NCBI GenBank assembly: GCA_020073085.1 | Contig: JAIQFV010000009.1 | Location: 124,162-188,161, forward strand | Source of the DNA: Terriglobia bacterium | Lineage (GTDB): Bacteria; Acidobacteriota; Terriglobia; JAIQFV01 | DNA: 64,000 nucleotides | Direction of reading: 5' to 3' | Shown here: piece after piece, positions 9,532-20,628 of the stretch | How positions within the stretch are numbered: the stretch's first letter is position 1 | Layout: each line of letters starts with the position of its first letter | Position numbers and translations under genes: made by a program | Notes under the pieces: generated by a model | The model's database searches: none | What the model saw: the letters and a program-made list of their open reading frames with translations, nothing else | Told to the model about the DNA's origin: nothing

Positions 9532-10311
9532 ATGAATATGAATCGTCGGATCCTGGCGGCAAAGCACCTCCTCGGAGTGACGATAGCCGCTCTTTTCCTG
9601 TGTTCAAGTGTCTTGGTTGCTGCGGATGTCAAAGGGGAAATGATCTCTTATAAGAGCGGCAACGAAACGATCAACGGCTATCTCGCCACTCCTTCCGGGG
9701 CCGGCCTTCATCCCGGCCTCGTTGTGATCCAGGAATGGTGGGGCCTGAATGACTGGATCAAGGAACAGGCCCGCAGTTTTGCCGCACAAGGTTATGTGGC
9801 CCTGGCGCCGGACCTGTACCGCGGCAAGGTCGCGACGGAACCGTCCATGGCTCACGAATTGAGCCGGGGCTTGCCCGACGATCGTGCGCTGCGCGACCTG
9901 AAAGCCTCTTTTGACTATCTGCAGTCACGAAAGGATGTCAAGAAATCCGCCATTGGCTCGGTGGGCTGGTGCATGGGCGGCGGACTCTCTCTCAAGCTGG
10001 CTCTCAATCAGCCCGAACTCAGGGCCTGCGTTGTGAACTACGGTGCCCTCCCCTCGGATGCCGCCACCATTGCCAAAATCACAGCCCCCGTGCTGGGAAA
10101 TTTCGGGGCCGAGGATCAGGGCATCCCCCCGGCCGCGGTGAACGCATTCGAAAAGGAGATGAGAACCCAGAAGAAATGGATCGATGTGAAGATTTATGCC
10201 GGTGCGGGCCATGCCTTTGAGAATCCGAATAACACTGCCGGTTACCGCCAGGAGGCCGCCAAAGACGCCTGGGAACGTATGATTAAGTTCCTCAATGAGA
10301 ATCTAAAGTAA
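9532..10311 (+). CDS. Dienelactone hydrolase family protein with signal peptide
   Basis: QEWWGLN, GWCMGG nucleophile elbow, GAED and GAGHAF; start at ATG 9532 after AGGAG. Confidence 0.93.
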   Translation: MNMNRRILAAKHLLGVTIAALFLCSSVLVAADVKGEMISYKSGNETINGYLATPSGAGLHPGLVVIQEWWGLNDWIKEQARSFAAQGYVALAPDLYRGKVATEPSMAHELSRGLPDDRALRDLKASFDYLQSRKDVKKSAIGSVGWCMGGGLSLKLALNQPELRACVVNYGALPSDAATIAKITAPVLGNFGAEDQGIPPAAVNAFEKEMRTQKKWIDVKIYAGAGHAFENPNNTAGYRQEAAKDAWERMIKFLNENLK

Positions 10312-10323
10312 ACGTTCCTGAAG

Positions 10324-10556
10324 AGTCCCAAGTCCAAGGTCCCAAGTCCCAAGTCCAAAGTCCAAGGTCCCAAGTCGAGGGTTCCAAGTTCAGAGTTTCA
10401 AGTTCAAAGTTGAGAGCCCTCGAATCCACATTCAGAGATAATCCTCACCTTGTATCCGACGTCCGGTTCCTGAATTCGGACTTCTGACCTCGGACTTCTG
10501 ACTTCCGGCTCTCGACGTCCAGCACGCGACTTCCGCCCTCCGGCCTCTGGCTTCTC
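10324..10556. repeat. Heptamer tandem-repeat inverted element
   Basis: About 12 units of aagtcc(c/a) followed by a reverse-oriented run of (g)acttctg/acttccg units. Confidence 0.8.
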
Positions 10557-10669
10557 CCTCCCGGCTTCCCCTCCCCTCAACTATTCTCCCTCATTCTCTC
10601 TTGAACCCTCCTTCCCACGCAGGTATCCTACCCTCGCACGTTCTTCACTCCACTGACCGGAGGCTTTTT

Positions 10670-11527
10670 ATGTCACATCCCATTGAGACGATCGGCGTTA
10701 TCGGGGCTGGAACCATGGGAAATGGGATTGCCCAGGTGAGCGCCATCGCAGGGCTGCACGTTGTCCTCAAAGACATCAAAGACGAATTGTTGGACCGCGG
10801 TTTGAAAACCATTGAGAAATCCCTCGCAAAATTCGTTGAGAAAGGAAAGCTGACTTCGGAACAAAGAGCGGCCGCCCTCAAGAACATCGGCACGACGCTG
10901 ACTCCTCAAGCGCTTGCCCGCTGCGATTTTGTCATTGAAGCCGCCAGCGAAAACTATGAAGTCAAGAAGAAGATCCTTGAAGAGATGGACGCCATCTGCC
11001 CCCCGGAGGTGATCTTTGCAACCAATACCTCGTCCATTTCAATCACACGGCTCGCCGCTGAGACCCACCGCCCCGATAAATTCATTGGAATGCACTTTAT
11101 GAATCCGGTTCCTCTGATGGTCCTGGTCGAAATCATTCGCGGGATTGCGACCAGCGATGCCACCTTCGAGGCCACCCAACTGCTTTCGGAGAAGGTCGGA
11201 AAGGTCCCCTGCGAAGTGAACGACTATCCGGGATTTGTGTCCAACCGTGTGCTCATGCCGATGATCAATGAGGCGATATACTGCGTGATGGAAGGCGTGG
11301 GAAAGCCCGAATCGATCGACACCGTCATGAAGCTGGGGATGAACCATCCCATGGGCCCCCTGGCGCTGGCTGACCTGATCGGCCTGGATGTCTGTCTCGA
11401 CATCATGGAGGTGCTTTACAGCGGGTTTGCGGACTCGAAATACCGACCCTGTCCGCTCTTGAAGAAAATGGTCGCCGCCGGGAGGCTGGGGCGAAAAAGC
11501 GGGCAAGGGTTTTATAGTTATTCGTGA
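10670..11527 (+). CDS. hbd: 3-hydroxybutyryl-CoA dehydrogenase
   Basis: [33 protein letters not shown] and [10 protein letters not shown]. Confidence 0.95.
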   Translation: MSHPIETIGVIGAGTMGNGIAQVSAIAGLHVVLKDIKDELLDRGLKTIEKSLAKFVEKGKLTSEQRAAALKNIGTTLTPQALARCDFVIEAASENYEVKKKILEEMDAICPPEVIFATNTSSISITRLAAETHRPDKFIGMHFMNPVPLMVLVEIIRGIATSDATFEATQLLSEKVGKVPCEVNDYPGFVSNRVLMPMINEAIYCVMEGVGKPESIDTVMKLGMNHPMGPLALADLIGLDVCLDIMEVLYSGFADSKYRPCPLLKKMVAAGRLGRKSGQGFYSYS

Positions 11528-11634
11528 CCCCCGGAAGAGACTGAAGAGACCAACAATTTTGTTGCTTGGGTCGGGCGCGTCCTATATTATTTGATTGTTC
11601 GATCGTTGAACGCTGAGTGTGGGTAGTTTGACTT

Positions 11635-12732
11635 ATGATCCTTTGTCAAAAATGTGCCGCTGTGAACCAATTCGGGCAGGAGTTGTGTACCAAGTGCGGG
11701 ACACGGCTGATGATCACGGCACCGCAGTACGAGCAGGAACGGCCTTCGGTCCAGCCCCTCGAAGAACATCTCCTCGAACGCATTTCGACCTTGGAATATG
11801 AACATACCAAGCTGGGCGAGCGCATCGCTCAACTCACCGAAGTCGTCAACAAGCTGGTTTCGGGAAACTTCTACGATCACAAGATGATCGAAGCCATTTC
11901 CGTGGCGTTGCAGAAGGCGCGCGTCGTGGCGGGAAAGACCCTGGAAAACCTGTGGCGCGAGCGCGTACTCGATTACCGCGAAGAGAGCGCCCGCCGGGAT
12001 CACTTTTCCGCGCGGAAACCGCGGATCCTGCAACTCAGTCCTGAGAAGCATCGCCCCCGCGTCAAGATCAAGCTCAACGAAGCGGAGTCTCTGCTCTTTG
12101 GAGCGAACCACTCCAAGGAAGGCCTGCGATTGCTCAGGGGACTGATGCGCCGGGAACCGGAGAATTATGAGCTGGCTTTCCTCCTGAGTGAATATTTCTA
12201 CTCCATGAATCGCTTTGGCGAGGCGGCGCAGTATCTGAAAAAGGCGTTAACGACCAATCCTCAGCATTTCGACTCCATTCTTCTCTGGGGGGTGATGCTA
12301 ACCAACGGAGGACGTTACGCGGAGGCTGAGGATGTGTTGCGGACAGCGCTGGGATTGCGCGCGGATTCGCACATCGCCCACCTGACCCTGGGCGCGGTGT
12401 GCGCTTCCCAGGGACAACCGCAGAAAGCAAAACATCATCTCTCGAAAGCGGTAGGATTGGCCCCCTCTTCTTCCATGTATTTTACCGCCGGGGAGATTTC
12501 CGCCAACTTTGGTTGGCAAAAAGACGCGATCCACTTCTACAAGAAGGCCATCCAGATCGACCCGACGTTCGATGAGGCCTTCTACAAACTCGGTTTGATC
12601 TATCTCAAGAACCACCGCACGCGCGTCGCTGAGAAGTATTTGAGAACGGCCTATCAACTCAACCCCCAGGAATCGCGTTACCGGGATGCTCTGAAGGCGC
12701 ATTCAAAGCGGCAGGCACGGCAGCAATCGTGA
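11635..12732 (+). CDS. Zinc-ribbon, coiled-coil and TPR protein
   Basis: CQKC...CTKCG N-terminus and several C-terminal TPRs. Confidence 0.8.
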   Translation: MILCQKCAAVNQFGQELCTKCGTRLMITAPQYEQERPSVQPLEEHLLERISTLEYEHTKLGERIAQLTEVVNKLVSGNFYDHKMIEAISVALQKARVVAGKTLENLWRERVLDYREESARRDHFSARKPRILQLSPEKHRPRVKIKLNEAESLLFGANHSKEGLRLLRGLMRREPENYELAFLLSEYFYSMNRFGEAAQYLKKALTTNPQHFDSILLWGVMLTNGGRYAEAEDVLRTALGLRADSHIAHLTLGAVCASQGQPQKAKHHLSKAVGLAPSSSMYFTAGEISANFGWQKDAIHFYKKAIQIDPTFDEAFYKLGLIYLKNHRTRVAEKYLRTAYQLNPQESRYRDALKAHSKRQARQQS

Positions 12733-12786
12733 GTGTTGAGCCGTCAGCAGCTCTCTCCCCAGTTTCCTCCCCAATCCGCCCGAGGC

Positions 12787-12813
12787 GAACGGACGGGTGA
12801 ACAAAAACTGAAA
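12787..12813 (+). promoter_or_regulatory. Possible LexA box (GAAC-N7-GAAC type) upstream of recA
   Basis: GAAC-aaaaact-GAAA at 12799-12813, preceded by another GAAC at 12787. One mismatch to the direct-repeat box. Confidence 0.35.
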
Positions 12814-12862
12814 GGGCGCGGCCACATTCAACCAGACACGATCAGGGTGAGAAGGAGTCATT

Positions 12863-13963
12863 ATGGCAGAGGAGCGAAATGAAGTTCGAGAAAACCGCGA
12901 TCGGGCAATTGAGGTCGCTCTCACTCAAATCGAGAAGCAGTTCGGAAAAGGCTCCATCATGCGCCTGGGAGTGAAAGAGGCGCTGGTGTCAGTCCCCGCC
13001 ATCCCGACCGGATGCCTCTCCTTTGATGCCGCCCTGGGTGTGGGTGGCTTCCCCCGCGGACGCGTCATTGAAGTGTTTGGCCCGGAATCCAGTGGCAAGA
13101 CGACCGTCGCGCTGCACGTGGTCGCGGAAGCTCAGAAACGGGGCGGGATGGCCGCCTTCATCGATGCTGAGCACGCCATGGATGCCAAATACGCAAAGAG
13201 ACTCGGGGTGGATGTTGACAATCTCCTCGTGTCCCAGCCCGACTCCGGGGAACAGGCCCTGGAGATTGCCGAGGTGTTGATTCGCAGCAGCGCGGTGGAC
13301 GTCGTTGTCGTCGATTCCGTCGCCGCCCTGGTTCCCCGGGCCGAACTTGAAGGGGAAATGGGAGATGCCCAGATGGGACTGCAGGCCCGCCTGATGTCAC
13401 AAGCCATGCGGAAGCTCAAGGGGATCGTTTCCAAGTCGAAGACCTGCCTGATTTTCATCAACCAGCTACGGGAAAAGATTGGTGTCATGTTCGGCAACCC
13501 GGAGACCACCACGGGTGGCCGCGCCCTCAAGTTCTATGCCGATATCCGGGTCGATATCCGGCGAGTCGGAGCCATCAAGGACGGCGATAACGTCGTGGGG
13601 AACCGCACCCGCGTCAAGATTGTGAAGAACAAGCTGGCTTCCCCCTTCCGGGAAGCCGAATTTGACATCCTTTACGGCGAAGGCATTTCGCGCGAGGGTG
13701 ACCTGATCGATCTTGCCGTTGAGAAAAACATCCTCGAAAAGAGCGGCGCCTGGTTCTCCTATCAAGGGGAGCGGATGGGCCAGGGACGTGAAAACGTAAA
13801 AGTGTTCCTCAAGGAGAATGCAGACATTACCAGCAAGATCGAAAGCGCCGTGAGGAAGGCCGTCGGCCTGGAGACGAAAACAGAGCCCTCACCCGCGCCG
13901 GCAACCCCGGCCGCCGGAACAGCGGCCGCCGCACCCGCTCGAGGTAAATCGGCGCGTTCTTAG
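12863..13963 (+). CDS. recA: Recombinase RecA
   Basis: [38 protein letters not shown]. Confidence 0.99.
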   Translation: MAEERNEVRENRDRAIEVALTQIEKQFGKGSIMRLGVKEALVSVPAIPTGCLSFDAALGVGGFPRGRVIEVFGPESSGKTTVALHVVAEAQKRGGMAAFIDAEHAMDAKYAKRLGVDVDNLLVSQPDSGEQALEIAEVLIRSSAVDVVVVDSVAALVPRAELEGEMGDAQMGLQARLMSQAMRKLKGIVSKSKTCLIFINQLREKIGVMFGNPETTTGGRALKFYADIRVDIRRVGAIKDGDNVVGNRTRVKIVKNKLASPFREAEFDILYGEGISREGDLIDLAVEKNILEKSGAWFSYQGERMGQGRENVKVFLKENADITSKIESAVRKAVGLETKTEPSPAPATPAAGTAAAAPARGKSARS

Positions 13964-14148
13964 TCCTGAGCAGCCGCCGGGTTTCACCGGTCCGAGTAAA
14001 AAACCTGACTTTTGTGACCTTAGACACATCACAAGCGCTTGTTTTTGTGTTACATGATTGACCTGACCTTGTGTTATGATTCCGCCGCCTTTGGTGAAGT
14101 TGCGACAGCAAGGCGCCAACGAAAAATGAAGGAGAGGTTCCACGAGCT

Positions 14149-15351
14149 ATGAATCTAAAACTCGCGAGATATTTTTTCGGAGGACTTGTTGCCTTATGCT
14201 TGTTGTTTGAGCCTTTGTTAATGAGCTTCTCTGCAATCCGTACTACCCCTTCCACTTCCCCGACCACGAAACGCAAATCAAAAGCCAAACGTAAAACCTT
14301 GAAAAAGACCTTGGCCTCGACCGCAAAAGCGTCCAAAAAGACGGTTGCCAAGGGCCGCCGGGGCAGGATCCGGATGGTCGACCCAACCATCGGCGACACC
14401 GTGGAGGGTGAGGACCTCGCTGTGCGTCGCGCCTCCGTGGAGGCATTGGGACATATTGATGGCAGTGTGGTCGTGGCGGACCCCTCAAATGGGAGGATTC
14501 TCTCCATTGTGAACCAAAAGCTGGCCCTGACTGCTGCCTATCAGCCTTGCTCAACCTTCAAACTGCTCGTCTCCCTGGCCGGTCTGTCGGAAGGGGTTTT
14601 CAGCAAAGACTCGGAGTTCAAGTGCCCCACCCACCACCGTGGGTATCTCAATCTGACTGATGCGCTGGCGTATTCGTGTAACGAATATTTCCAGAATGTG
14701 GGCGAGCGCCTCGGGTTTGATCGGGTCAAGCGATACGCCCAGCAATTTGGATTCGGTGAGCTTGCCGGCCTCGATATCCAGGGGGAACGGCCCGGATTCT
14801 TCCCCAGTGAGATCGATGAGGAATGGGTCAGAAAGCTTTCCAGCCATGGCCAATTCATTGGGGCGACCCCGTTGGAAATGGCTGCCTTTGTATCCTCCCT
14901 GGCCAACGGCGGCACCCTCTATTACCTGCAATACCCACGCACCCCTGAAGAAATTGCCAGTTTTGAACCTAAAGTAAAGAGACAATTGGACATTTCCAAC
15001 TTGTTGCCGGACCTGAAGGAAGGGATGAGCGGATCGGTGACTTACGGTTCGGGCAAGCACGCCTACGACCCACTGGATCCGGTGTACGGCAAGACCGGCA
15101 GCTGCAGTGGACAGGGAACCCACCTGGGATGGTTTGTTTCCTATGCCGGCGATTCTGAACGCCAGCTCGTCATCGTGGTGTTGACTCGAGGGTCACTCCG
15201 CACGGAAGGACCCTTTGCCGCTGGAGTGGCTGGAAAGATTTATCGAGAACTCTCTCAGCAGAATTATTTCGCAAGACGGGAAGAAAAGTCGAACCCCACG
15301 GGCGTTGCCAACGACAATCTTTCTCCTAATAGCCGCATCAACGAGCGCTGA
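14149..15351 (+). CDS. Penicillin-binding transpeptidase-domain protein
   Basis: SxxK (STFK), SxN (SCN) and KTG motifs; N-terminal TM and Lys-rich linker. Confidence 0.9.
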   Translation: MNLKLARYFFGGLVALCLLFEPLLMSFSAIRTTPSTSPTTKRKSKAKRKTLKKTLASTAKASKKTVAKGRRGRIRMVDPTIGDTVEGEDLAVRRASVEALGHIDGSVVVADPSNGRILSIVNQKLALTAAYQPCSTFKLLVSLAGLSEGVFSKDSEFKCPTHHRGYLNLTDALAYSCNEYFQNVGERLGFDRVKRYAQQFGFGELAGLDIQGERPGFFPSEIDEEWVRKLSSHGQFIGATPLEMAAFVSSLANGGTLYYLQYPRTPEEIASFEPKVKRQLDISNLLPDLKEGMSGSVTYGSGKHAYDPLDPVYGKTGSCSGQGTHLGWFVSYAGDSERQLVIVVLTRGSLRTEGPFAAGVAGKIYRELSQQNYFARREEKSNPTGVANDNLSPNSRINER

Positions 15352-15487
15352 CGGAGGGTAGTTACAAACCGAATCGAATCAGAAACCGCCCTGAGAATCC
15401 GAGGTGATGAACCCGGGTCTCTCGGGGCGTTTTTGTTTGAAGCGGGGTTTATAAACCAAATTCCCATTCCATGAATCTGGTGACGCC

Positions 15488-15600
15488 TTTGGAGTGCGCA
15501 AGCTTGCTTGCACTTTGGCCCGGCCGCTTGCTGCGGCGGGGAAAGCCCCCGAAGCGAACTTCGCCCCGTGAAGGCGGCAGCAAGCTGCCGCACTCAAAAG
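15488..15600. repeat. REP doublet (ttggagtgcg...cgcactc family)
   Basis: tttggagtgcgcaagcttgcttgcacttt and inverted aggcggcagcaagctgccgcactcaaaa. Confidence 0.75.
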
Positions 15601-15713
15601 GAGAAGCCCACAATTCCATGTTTTGGGGAACAGTTTTGCGGGTGTCAAATCCAACAACGAATTCCTCGGAGCCGAGGCTTCCGCTGGCTCACAAGGCCTC
15701 CACCCTGATTTTT

Positions 15714-15983
15714 CTAGGATTTTGGCTTTGCAGGCTCCTGACCTTGATGCTCAGCGCACCACTTTGAATTGATCTCAATGTACTTCTGATGTTGCTCCGG
15801 CAGTTCATCCAGTGGAAAAATGGCCTGGGGCGGGCACACCGGCTGACACGCCCCACAATCGATGCACTCGTCGGGATGAATCACCAACTGCTCTCCGGCA
15901 TCGTAGAAGCACTCCACAGGGCATACGGCCACGCAGGCGGTATCTTTCACCCCAATGCATGGCTCCGCTACAATATACGCCAT
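15714..15983 (-). CDS. Dicluster (7Fe/8Fe) ferredoxin
   Basis: [17 protein letters not shown] and [12 protein letters not shown]. Confidence 0.95.
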   Translation of the reverse strand: MAYIVAEPCIGVKDTACVAVCPVECFYDAGEQLVIHPDECIDCGACQPVCPPQAIFPLDELPEQHQKYIEINSKWCAEHQGQEPAKPKS

Positions 15984-16109
15984 AGACTCTCTCCTTTGAA
16001 ATTAAGTGGAGCGGGCTATCACACGCTCCCAGAAGCTCCCTCACGCGAAACTGTTAGATTAATTTCGCATCGAGCGGTTGTCAAGCTCTATGACTCAAGT
16101 CACTTGCAG

Positions 16110-16718
16110 CTAAGCGGCCGGACGATGCAGCCTGCTGACCAATCGCCAGCTGCCCGGCAAAAGCATCGCTGCCAGGACGATCTTATAGAGGTCCCCGATT
16201 AAAAATGGCCACATTCCCAATGTGACAGCCTGCCCCCAGTCCACTTGCATCACCCATTTCAGCCAAGGGACACCCACTGCTAAGATGGCGAGGTTACCCG
16301 AAAGGACCATCACTAAAGCGGAACCCAGTCGCTTTCCATAACCCCGGTCGGCCATCCATCCGACAATAGCGGCCGCCGCAACAAATCCCGCCAAATACCC
16401 TCCCGTGGGTCCGAGCAGCCGGGCGAACCCCCAGGTGGCTCCCGGGGCGAATACCGGCAGTCCCGCCAATCCCTGGGCGAGATAGAGCAGTTGAACTGAA
16501 ATTGCCATCCGCATCCCGAGGAGTCCTGAAAGCAGGAGAACCGCCAGGGTCTGGCCCGTCACTGGAACCGGCGTAAATGGCAGCGGCAAGGACAACCGGG
16601 ATGACAGGGCCATCAACCCGCTGCAGCCGAGTACGAGGAGCCCCTTCGTCAGTAAATTGACCTCTGGAAATACAAATTCGAAGAAGTTATTTCGCCGCAA
16701 AGTCAAGGTGGGGGTCAT
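16110..16718 (-). CDS. bioY: Biotin transporter BioY
   Basis: PFTPVPVTGQT, GLPVFA, GPTGGYLAGF, PFLIGDLYK. Start placed at ATG 16718 after GAGG. Confidence 0.93.
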   Translation of the reverse strand: MTPTLTLRRNNFFEFVFPEVNLLTKGLLVLGCSGLMALSSRLSLPLPFTPVPVTGQTLAVLLLSGLLGMRMAISVQLLYLAQGLAGLPVFAPGATWGFARLLGPTGGYLAGFVAAAAIVGWMADRGYGKRLGSALVMVLSGNLAILAVGVPWLKWVMQVDWGQAVTLGMWPFLIGDLYKIVLAAMLLPGSWRLVSRLHRPAA

Positions 16719-16883
16719 GAGAACCTCAAAGAATATCGCGAGACTTCGATTATCAACCATCCATTGAGACAAACTCGAAATTTTGCCACTCTGTGGTGAG
16801 CTAGCCCTCTTCACCCTTCAAGGAAGGAATCCGGATGATAGACCGAGGTCCTTGAATTTGCAACGGCTTTTCGGAGAAGCAGA

Positions 16884-16950
16884 TGTCAGTGACCAGTGGC
16901 CAGTGGCTCATCTGAAACTTTGAACCTTGAACTTGGAACTTTGAACTCTT
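16884..16950. repeat. Short heptamer tandem repeats
   Basis: cagtgac cagtggc cagtggc, then tgaacct tgaactt ggaactt tgaactc. Confidence 0.65.
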
Positions 16951-16955
16951 TCCTC

Positions 16956-17816
16956 TTACAAGAAGATCTTCAACGCTGTCTCCCGCAGGATCTTTCTCTT
17001 GGCTTCGACAGATATGGGCAGTTGCTTGAACTGGTCCAGCACAACCTTCATCGATGGGACGCCCGGGCCGGGCCAGTCGCTGCCATAGACCGTCTTGTTC
17101 GCAATTTCTTCAAGGCGTGGAAAATATTCCAGCAACTTCAACGGAGGGATTCCGGATACCTCCAGGAAAACGTTTTCAAACCGGCGCACCAGGAAAAAGG
17201 CTTCGTTCATATAGAGGGGCCGGCCTCCATGGGCAAGCAGGATCTTGAGCCGGGGAAAATCGTTGGCCACATCGTCGATATCCATCGGATTGGAGTATTT
17301 GTTCCGGGCCCCGGGAAAGATGGAAGTTCCCGTATGAATGGTGACGGGGACGCCAAAGGCCTCTGCTTTAGCGTAGATTGTCCGGAGCCTGTCCCCCTCA
17401 CGAGCGTAGTCATTGGCATGCATCAGCTGGTGCGGCGGATGGATTTTAATGGCGCGCACTCCCAGTTTCCCGCAGACATAATCCATCTCCGCGGCAACAT
17501 TCTCGGTGAAGCGCGGATGAACGGAACCGAACGGAATGAGGCGGTCGGGAAAACCCCGGCAATAACTGGCAACCCACTCATTGACCTCCCGGGTGAATCC
17601 CAGCAGATCAGGACTGACATAATTGATCAGACCCGCCTTCTCAATCCCGGCCTCATCCATCAGTTCAATGAATCGGCGGGGCTCACGACAGCAGGCCAGG
17701 GCCTCGTCAAATCCCTTCTGGGTCCGCCGCATGGTCTCGAGCATCTCCGGCTTCAGCATGCGCCAATCGGTGATGTGGACGTGAAGGTCAATAGCGAGTA
17801 AATCCATAATTTTCAA
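16956..17816 (-). CDS. Amidohydrolase family (Amidohydro_2) protein
   Basis: IDLHVH, KIHPP, IHTG, LAHGG and YGSDWP. Confidence 0.92.
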   Translation of the reverse strand: MKIMDLLAIDLHVHITDWRMLKPEMLETMRRTQKGFDEALACCREPRRFIELMDEAGIEKAGLINYVSPDLLGFTREVNEWVASYCRGFPDRLIPFGSVHPRFTENVAAEMDYVCGKLGVRAIKIHPPHQLMHANDYAREGDRLRTIYAKAEAFGVPVTIHTGTSIFPGARNKYSNPMDIDDVANDFPRLKILLAHGGRPLYMNEAFFLVRRFENVFLEVSGIPPLKLLEYFPRLEEIANKTVYGSDWPGPGVPSMKVVLDQFKQLPISVEAKRKILRETALKIFL

Positions 17817-17831
17817 CTTCCTTTAACAATC

Positions 17832-17996
17832 AAAACTCCAAATCCCAATATCCAAAATCCAAATAAATTCCAAATTCCAGTGTCCAAATTCCAAACAAGC
17901 TCCCAGTGCCAAGCGCCAATGAGCCCAGCGAGTTTCTTTCTTGGAATTTGGTCTTTGGAGTTTATTTGGATTTTGGATATTGGAATTTGGGGTTTT
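17832..17996. repeat. Heptamer-repeat long hairpin element
   Basis: About 43-bp near-perfect inverted arms: aaaactccaaatcccaatatccaaaatccaaataaa... and ...tttatttggattttggatattggaatttggggtttt. Confidence 0.9.
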
Positions 17997-18010
17997 CTTA
18001 TCAAGAGTGC

Positions 18011-18796
18011 TCATTTGCTCGAAAATGCCACGGCCAACCGATCGGCGAGGCGTGGGGCGAGGTGTTGAACGGCAGCGAGGAGCCATCCGGCCCGGGGAAT
18101 GACGATCTCCCTTTTGTGTGTCCAGACCCCCCGAACGACCGCCCGGGCGACGTCGTCAGGCGACAGGGCTCCCGCCGACCAGGACGAGTTTTGAACCGCT
18201 TTGTATTTAATGGCGTTGGGTTGGAACTCCGTCCGGACGCGGCCGGGACATACCGTGAGCACATCCACATGCTTCTCTTTCAACTCCATGCGCAGGGCAT
18301 TCGAAATTGAATTCAATGCGTGTTTGGTGGCGCAATAAGCGCCCATCCACGGAAAATCCACCTTTCCCAAAATCGAAGAGATGTTGACAATGACTCCTCT
18401 CCCCTGTCTCTCGAAATGCGGCATCGCGGATTGAACGGCCCATACCGGGGCCCAGAAATTGAGATTCATGACCTGCTCAAAGTCCTCGGTGGGGACGGTC
18501 GCCAGCGGAGCATAGAGGCCCCGCCCCGCGTTGTTCACCAGCACATCCAGGCGTCTAAAATGTGATGCCGTAGTGTCGACCGCCGCTTTCAAGGCCTCTC
18601 GTTGGGTGATGTCGCACGGCAGCGCAAGGGCCTCCACGCCGAGATCGCGCAGTTGTCCGGACAGCGCAGTCAACCGAGGGGCATCGCGCGCGACGGCAGC
18701 GACGTGGGCCCCTTCCCTTGCGAATTCGATCGCAAGCGCGCGTCCGATCCCGGACGAAGCGCCAGTGATGAATACCACTTTATTCTTAAACTTCAT
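18011..18796 (-). CDS. Short-chain dehydrogenase/reductase
   Basis: TGASSGIG, NNAG and YCATK (YxxxK). Confidence 0.95.
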   Translation of the reverse strand: MKFKNKVVFITGASSGIGRALAIEFAREGAHVAAVARDAPRLTALSGQLRDLGVEALALPCDITQREALKAAVDTTASHFRRLDVLVNNAGRGLYAPLATVPTEDFEQVMNLNFWAPVWAVQSAMPHFERQGRGVIVNISSILGKVDFPWMGAYCATKHALNSISNALRMELKEKHVDVLTVCPGRVRTEFQPNAIKYKAVQNSSWSAGALSPDDVARAVVRGVWTHKREIVIPRAGWLLAAVQHLAPRLADRLAVAFSSK

Positions 18797-19021
18797 CGTA
18801 GGATCTCCTCATCGGATCGCACCACGCGGTTCGTCCGATCCCCGGCTTCCCGGCCCCGGTGGAAGGTTTGCAGACCTCTATCCGCAGCACGAGTGGGAGA
18901 TTGAATGGGGTATCGTATGAAATCTTCAGGGGATTTGAAAGGAAAACCTGTGCACGGCTTCCTGTGAATTTCGCGCCTTCATGCGAGCTCAACAGAGTCG
19001 CCGTGCAGACTGAAATCGGGC

Positions 19022-19417
19022 CTAGCCCTCCACCTCTTTCGGTGAGGTCTGTTTCTTCGCCTTGGGCTTTTTGTTGACAGCGCCGAAGCTGGCAAGGGCC
19101 GCCTCTTCGTTATCAAAAACTTCAAAGACCTTGTCCAGCCGGGTGATCTTCAACACCTCGTACACGCGGGGGTTCGGCTTGAGGAGCTTGAAGGAGCCTC
19201 CCTCCTTGGACACGCCTGCCTGACTGCTGACCAAAAACCCGATCCCCGTGGAATCGACAAAGGGGACCTTGCTCATGTCCACCAGGATATTCCCCATCCC
19301 CATATTGAGGACGTCTTTCACTTTATCCTTCAAATAGACCGATTCGCCGCCCACTATAAACTTTCCCTCCAGCCGCAATACACAAATCTCTCCCACCACC
19401 TGCAAAGTAATCTTCAA
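19022..19417 (-). CDS. STAS-domain anti-sigma-factor antagonist
   Basis: VDMSKVPFVDSTGIG and VLKITRLDKVF. Confidence 0.92.
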   Translation of the reverse strand: MKITLQVVGEICVLRLEGKFIVGGESVYLKDKVKDVLNMGMGNILVDMSKVPFVDSTGIGFLVSSQAGVSKEGGSFKLLKPNPRVYEVLKITRLDKVFEVFDNEEAALASFGAVNKKPKAKKQTSPKEVEG

Positions 19418-19710
19418 AGGTCGGTCCTCCGAGAAAAATCGTTCAAGACGTCAGACGGGATAACCAAATTACTCTGCCCACCCGTCCCCGGTCAAGTATT
19501 TCCTGCAATAAGACAAGCCCTGCCTCAAGCCCGCCCCGAAAGTCAAGGTGGAATGGCCCCCGGACTCGCCGGAGCACAGGCCGGATACACCTCCCTCCCA
19601 GCGGACTTGCCGGAAGTCACCTCGGGGTTCCATTCCTCAGAGGGGATTTGGGACTCATTGTCGCTCCCCCCTCATTTCTCTCGCCCTCAACTCAAAGGTC
19701 CTTCCGAGTC

Positions 19711-20628
19711 TCATTTTTTCTTAAACTGCTTCATCATGGCATCGCAGTCTTTCTTCAGTTGAGCAGCTGCGTCGATCTTCTTCTTATCCCCTTTGGCTTT
19801 GAGCAGGTCGAGGCTTTCGGTGACCGTCGTATTGGTCCGATCGCAGAACATTCTAAAATTGGTCAGTTCATTCAACTGGAGCCGGTCAAACAAGACATCC
19901 TGCTCATGGAGAATCTTCGCGATGGCCAACAGGAATTCCCCTGTATCGACGGAGATCGGGCCCGCGGCAAACAGCGTTTTGGCTTTGGCCCGATCATCCG
20001 CCACTCCGGCCAGTTGCGTCAGCACGGTGAGCACCCCGTTCTTCAACTCCTCTTCCTCGTCCTTGCTTCGGTCCTCCTCGGCGATCGGCAGACCCTTTTT
20101 TACCTTTTCCAGGAAGATACGCGGCCCCGCCTCGATCTGCGGATAAACCCCCTGGTAGGATACGGGTTTGGTCTTATCCATTTTCTTGGAATAGGCATCG
20201 AACCCTTCCACGAAATTCAGGATATAGGCTTTCTGCCGCCGGTAGTAGTCAAAGGCGGTATTTCGAAAGTCATTCTTAATCCGCACATCGCGTGTCATCA
20301 TTCTGCCGTCAGCGTAGGTCTTTCCAAGCTGGCGGCAGCCTTCCGCCAACCCTCCATATATGGTCATCTGCATCAACGCCGCGCTGCCGGCGAGTTCATG
20401 GTTGGGAGTGTCGCGCAGGATTTTCGCGGTGTATTCAAGGGCTTTGTCATATTTTGCTATTGAGAAATTCTGTTTCGCCAGTTCAAATCGTCCTTCTGGC
20501 GTGGCTGGATTCGGCTGATTCGAAGTACCGGAACATGAAATTAAAAAGACAATGAACAATAGATTGATTACCAGGATGCATGCCCGCTTCTCGGCAAAAG
20601 GTTTCTCCAATTTCATCTTCGCCTCCAA
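19711..20628 (-). CDS. Hypothetical helical lipoprotein
   Basis: Hydrophobic stretch ending in the lipobox-like LISC; long ORF. Confidence 0.7.
   Translation of the reverse strand: MEAKMKLEKPFAEKRACILVINLLFIVFLISCSGTSNQPNPATPEGRFELAKQNFSIAKYDKALEYTAKILRDTPNHELAGSAALMQMTIYGGLAEGCRQLGKTYADGRMMTRDVRIKNDFRNTAFDYYRRQKAYILNFVEGFDAYSKKMDKTKPVSYQGVYPQIEAGPRIFLEKVKKGLPIAEEDRSKDEEEELKNGVLTVLTQLAGVADDRAKAKTLFAAGPISVDTGEFLLAIAKILHEQDVLFDRLQLNELTNFRMFCDRTNTTVTESLDLLKAKGDKKKIDAAAQLKKDCDAMMKQFKKK

Noticed and set aside
8315-9607. 430-aa minus-strand ORF
   Set aside because: Antisense shadow of the thiolase with no recognisable motifs.
16745-16780. BirA operator upstream of bioY
   Set aside because: The half-sites ttatcaac and gagacaa are degenerate and spaced too closely for the BirA consensus.
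19440-19700. Possible ncRNA in a GC-rich intergenic stretch
   Set aside because: No recognisable tRNA, tmRNA, RNase P, SRP, 6S or riboswitch motifs by eye.
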